64,000 nucleotides of DNA. It comes from Octopus sinensis (lineage: Eukaryota). Below are positions 61,926-64,000 of this stretch, piece by piece; position 1 is the first letter of the stretch; each line of letters opens with the position of its first letter. Both the position numbers and the translations under genes were made by a program. Under the pieces are notes generated by a model that had not been told where the DNA came from, did not search any database, and worked only from the letters and a program-made list of their open reading frames with translations. The stretch covers positions 59,272,001-59,336,000 of the forward strand of contig NC_043013.1 in the NCBI RefSeq assembly GCF_006345805.1. The letters are read 5' to 3'.

Positions 61926-64000
61926 ATATACATATATATATATTGACAAGACAAGGGTTATCCAGGGTTATGGAAAGGAGACAACCTTAAAACAAATCCA
62001 GAGAGGAGCACCGTTGGTGGTTTAGTGTTCGACTCAACACTCTTCCAGTAGCTCCTGCAACCAAGCTGGTGCCAAACGTAATGCTTTGCGCTTCTTCGGA
62101 CTACATCAGCAAGGTCGATCGAAGAATCCTGACGATTGGACTACCCAGGATTTTCTTACATCTAGCATAGGTCTGCGCAAAACTGAAGAGGAAACTGGAG
62201 AGGACATGAAATGTAAAACCCGGACTGGTTTAGTTTATGCGCAACTCCTTGTCTCCCGAGACAAAAGGATGCCAACAATGATATCTTCAATAATGACTCT
62301 CTGTCCATTTAGTCAATTAAACTACTTGCTCATTGAATTAGCATTTGAGTGACTGAGTATTCCACAGAAACTTGTGTACGTTAAAATAATCTTTGGACAG
62401 AGTGAGCACGACATGGTGTAAGACAAGGGAAGATTTTTAATCCTTTTGGCATTGAAACCATCCAAATCCAGCTCAAATATTCTACCTGTTTTCTGTTCAA
62501 ATTGACCAGATCCAGCCTCTCACACCTACCCTACAATGTCATTCTAAAAATAACGAATCACGTAATCAAAATCTCAAAATTACAAGACAATGCATAATTA
62601 ATTCAAAATATCAACATAATCATCATTATCTGTTTTCCATGCTGGCATGGATTGGACATTTTGACAGGAGCTGACAAGGCCAGGTGTCACACCAGGTTCC
62701 ATGGTCTGTTTTGGCAATGGGAATAAATAAGCATTACATCTGACAGAGGAATCCGAAGACCAAAGGATTAAATCACAAGTAACAATCATCCCCAAAACTT
62801 TTCACACAGTTTCTGTCTTCATATTTTTTATTCACAAAATCTGGCGTCACTCAATGTCATGATAAATGACACTTGCCCATGGTGCCCCTCAGTTGGATAG
62901 AACCCAGGACTTTGAGATTAGCATTTATCTTAAGTCATTGGACTGCAGTCATTCTGAGCCACTGACTGAAAGTATTTAGCCAAACAAACTAACCCCAGTA
63001 CTTATCGTTTTTAAGTCTGGTACTGATACTATTGGTCTCTTTTGAAAACTGCTTGTTTCCCAGAGACATAAATAAACCAACACTGGTTGTCAAGCAGTGA
63101 TGGAAAAATCACACACACATATTTATATCGCAGACTTCTAAACAGTTTCCATCTACCAAATTCACAGACATTTTCTAACCCAAAGACATTGGTCAGCCTG
63201 GGGCTACAGTAAAAGACACTTGGCCAAAGTGTTGTGCAGTGGGACTGAACCCAAAACCATGTGGTTACAAAGTGTATTTCTTACTCATACAGCCATGCTT
63301 GCATCTAATGAAACAAGCCTGTTTATATTTTCAGCCATGTTACAACCACATTACCACTGTATGCAACAGTAATGGCCTGTATTACTATTGTACGCAACAG
63401 TATGCAACTTCGTAAATGCTGAGTAATCTTGTATGTCGTTCTGACTCACAAAGAAGTAAGAATAACAAAGCACATCTTATTTAATTTGATCCTGTTTGCC
63501 TACCCAAGCTAATTTAAAATGGCTTATGTTGTCGATTTTACAACTGAGTGGTTGACTATGAGAAGCATATTAAGAAATTTTAAAAGGTGAAATACGTACA
63601 TGAAGGTATGTGATTTAGAGGTAAAGGATGTTGATCCACAATTGAGAGTTCTTGATTTCACTTGTCAGACCAACTCTGCATATTGTGTTCTTGAGCATAA
63701 CACTTCATTTCACATTGCTCCAGTCCACTCAGCTGTGAATTGTTAACCCCGTGATGAATTAGTCTTCTGATCAAATGCAATGTCGGTCTGCTCTCCTAAC
63801 CAGTGGGGGTGGCATCGTTCAAATGCTAAAATGATGATCAAGTGTCTTTTCCTAAAACCCCAGGCCAATCAATATTTTGTAAGTAAATTTGGTAGATGGA
63901 AACTGTGTGGCAGCCCATTATGTAAGAGTGTTTATTTTTCTGTCTTTGTTTGTCACCAGCCTTCCAACCCATTGCTCAACAACTGCTGCTGGTATATTGA

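Noticed and set aside
62135-62185. CTGAAGA..GAAAT, and similar near 49640-49690, 46169-46210 and 53360-53410
   Set aside because: Stems I and II do not pair convincingly; expected by chance.

Overview
AT-rich, repeat-saturated animal genomic DNA. The repeat landscape looks like octopus/cephalopod; this is an inference with no database check. One host gene is supported: a minus-strand b(0,+)AT/SLC7A9-like amino-acid transporter light chain. Ten coding exons (56587 down to 22358) were reconstructed by hand with GT-AG boundaries and consistent phases (1247 nt, about 415 aa to the stop). The N-terminal exons were not found and probably lie beyond 64000. The rest is decayed mobile DNA and microsatellites: mariner, Tc1, hAT, Mutator-, Tc2- and piggyBac-like MITEs, a Helitron, RTE/RTE-X, CR1, Tx1, R4/Dong-like, CRE-like and Penelope-like retroelements, three SINE families and one 100-N gap. 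The main hidden structure is a set of about 16 minimal type-I hammerhead-ribozyme folds from at least eight sequence families. Most lie inside the transporter introns and many sit in inverted duplications. They include a G3:C8 core-swap variant, a U4C variant and a pair of copies with compensatory stem changes. A second theme is that several non-LTR families each sit in their own microsatellite: Tx1 in (GATA)n, R4-like in (AAT)n, RTE-X in (GAT)n. All RNA folds were done by eye and are untested.
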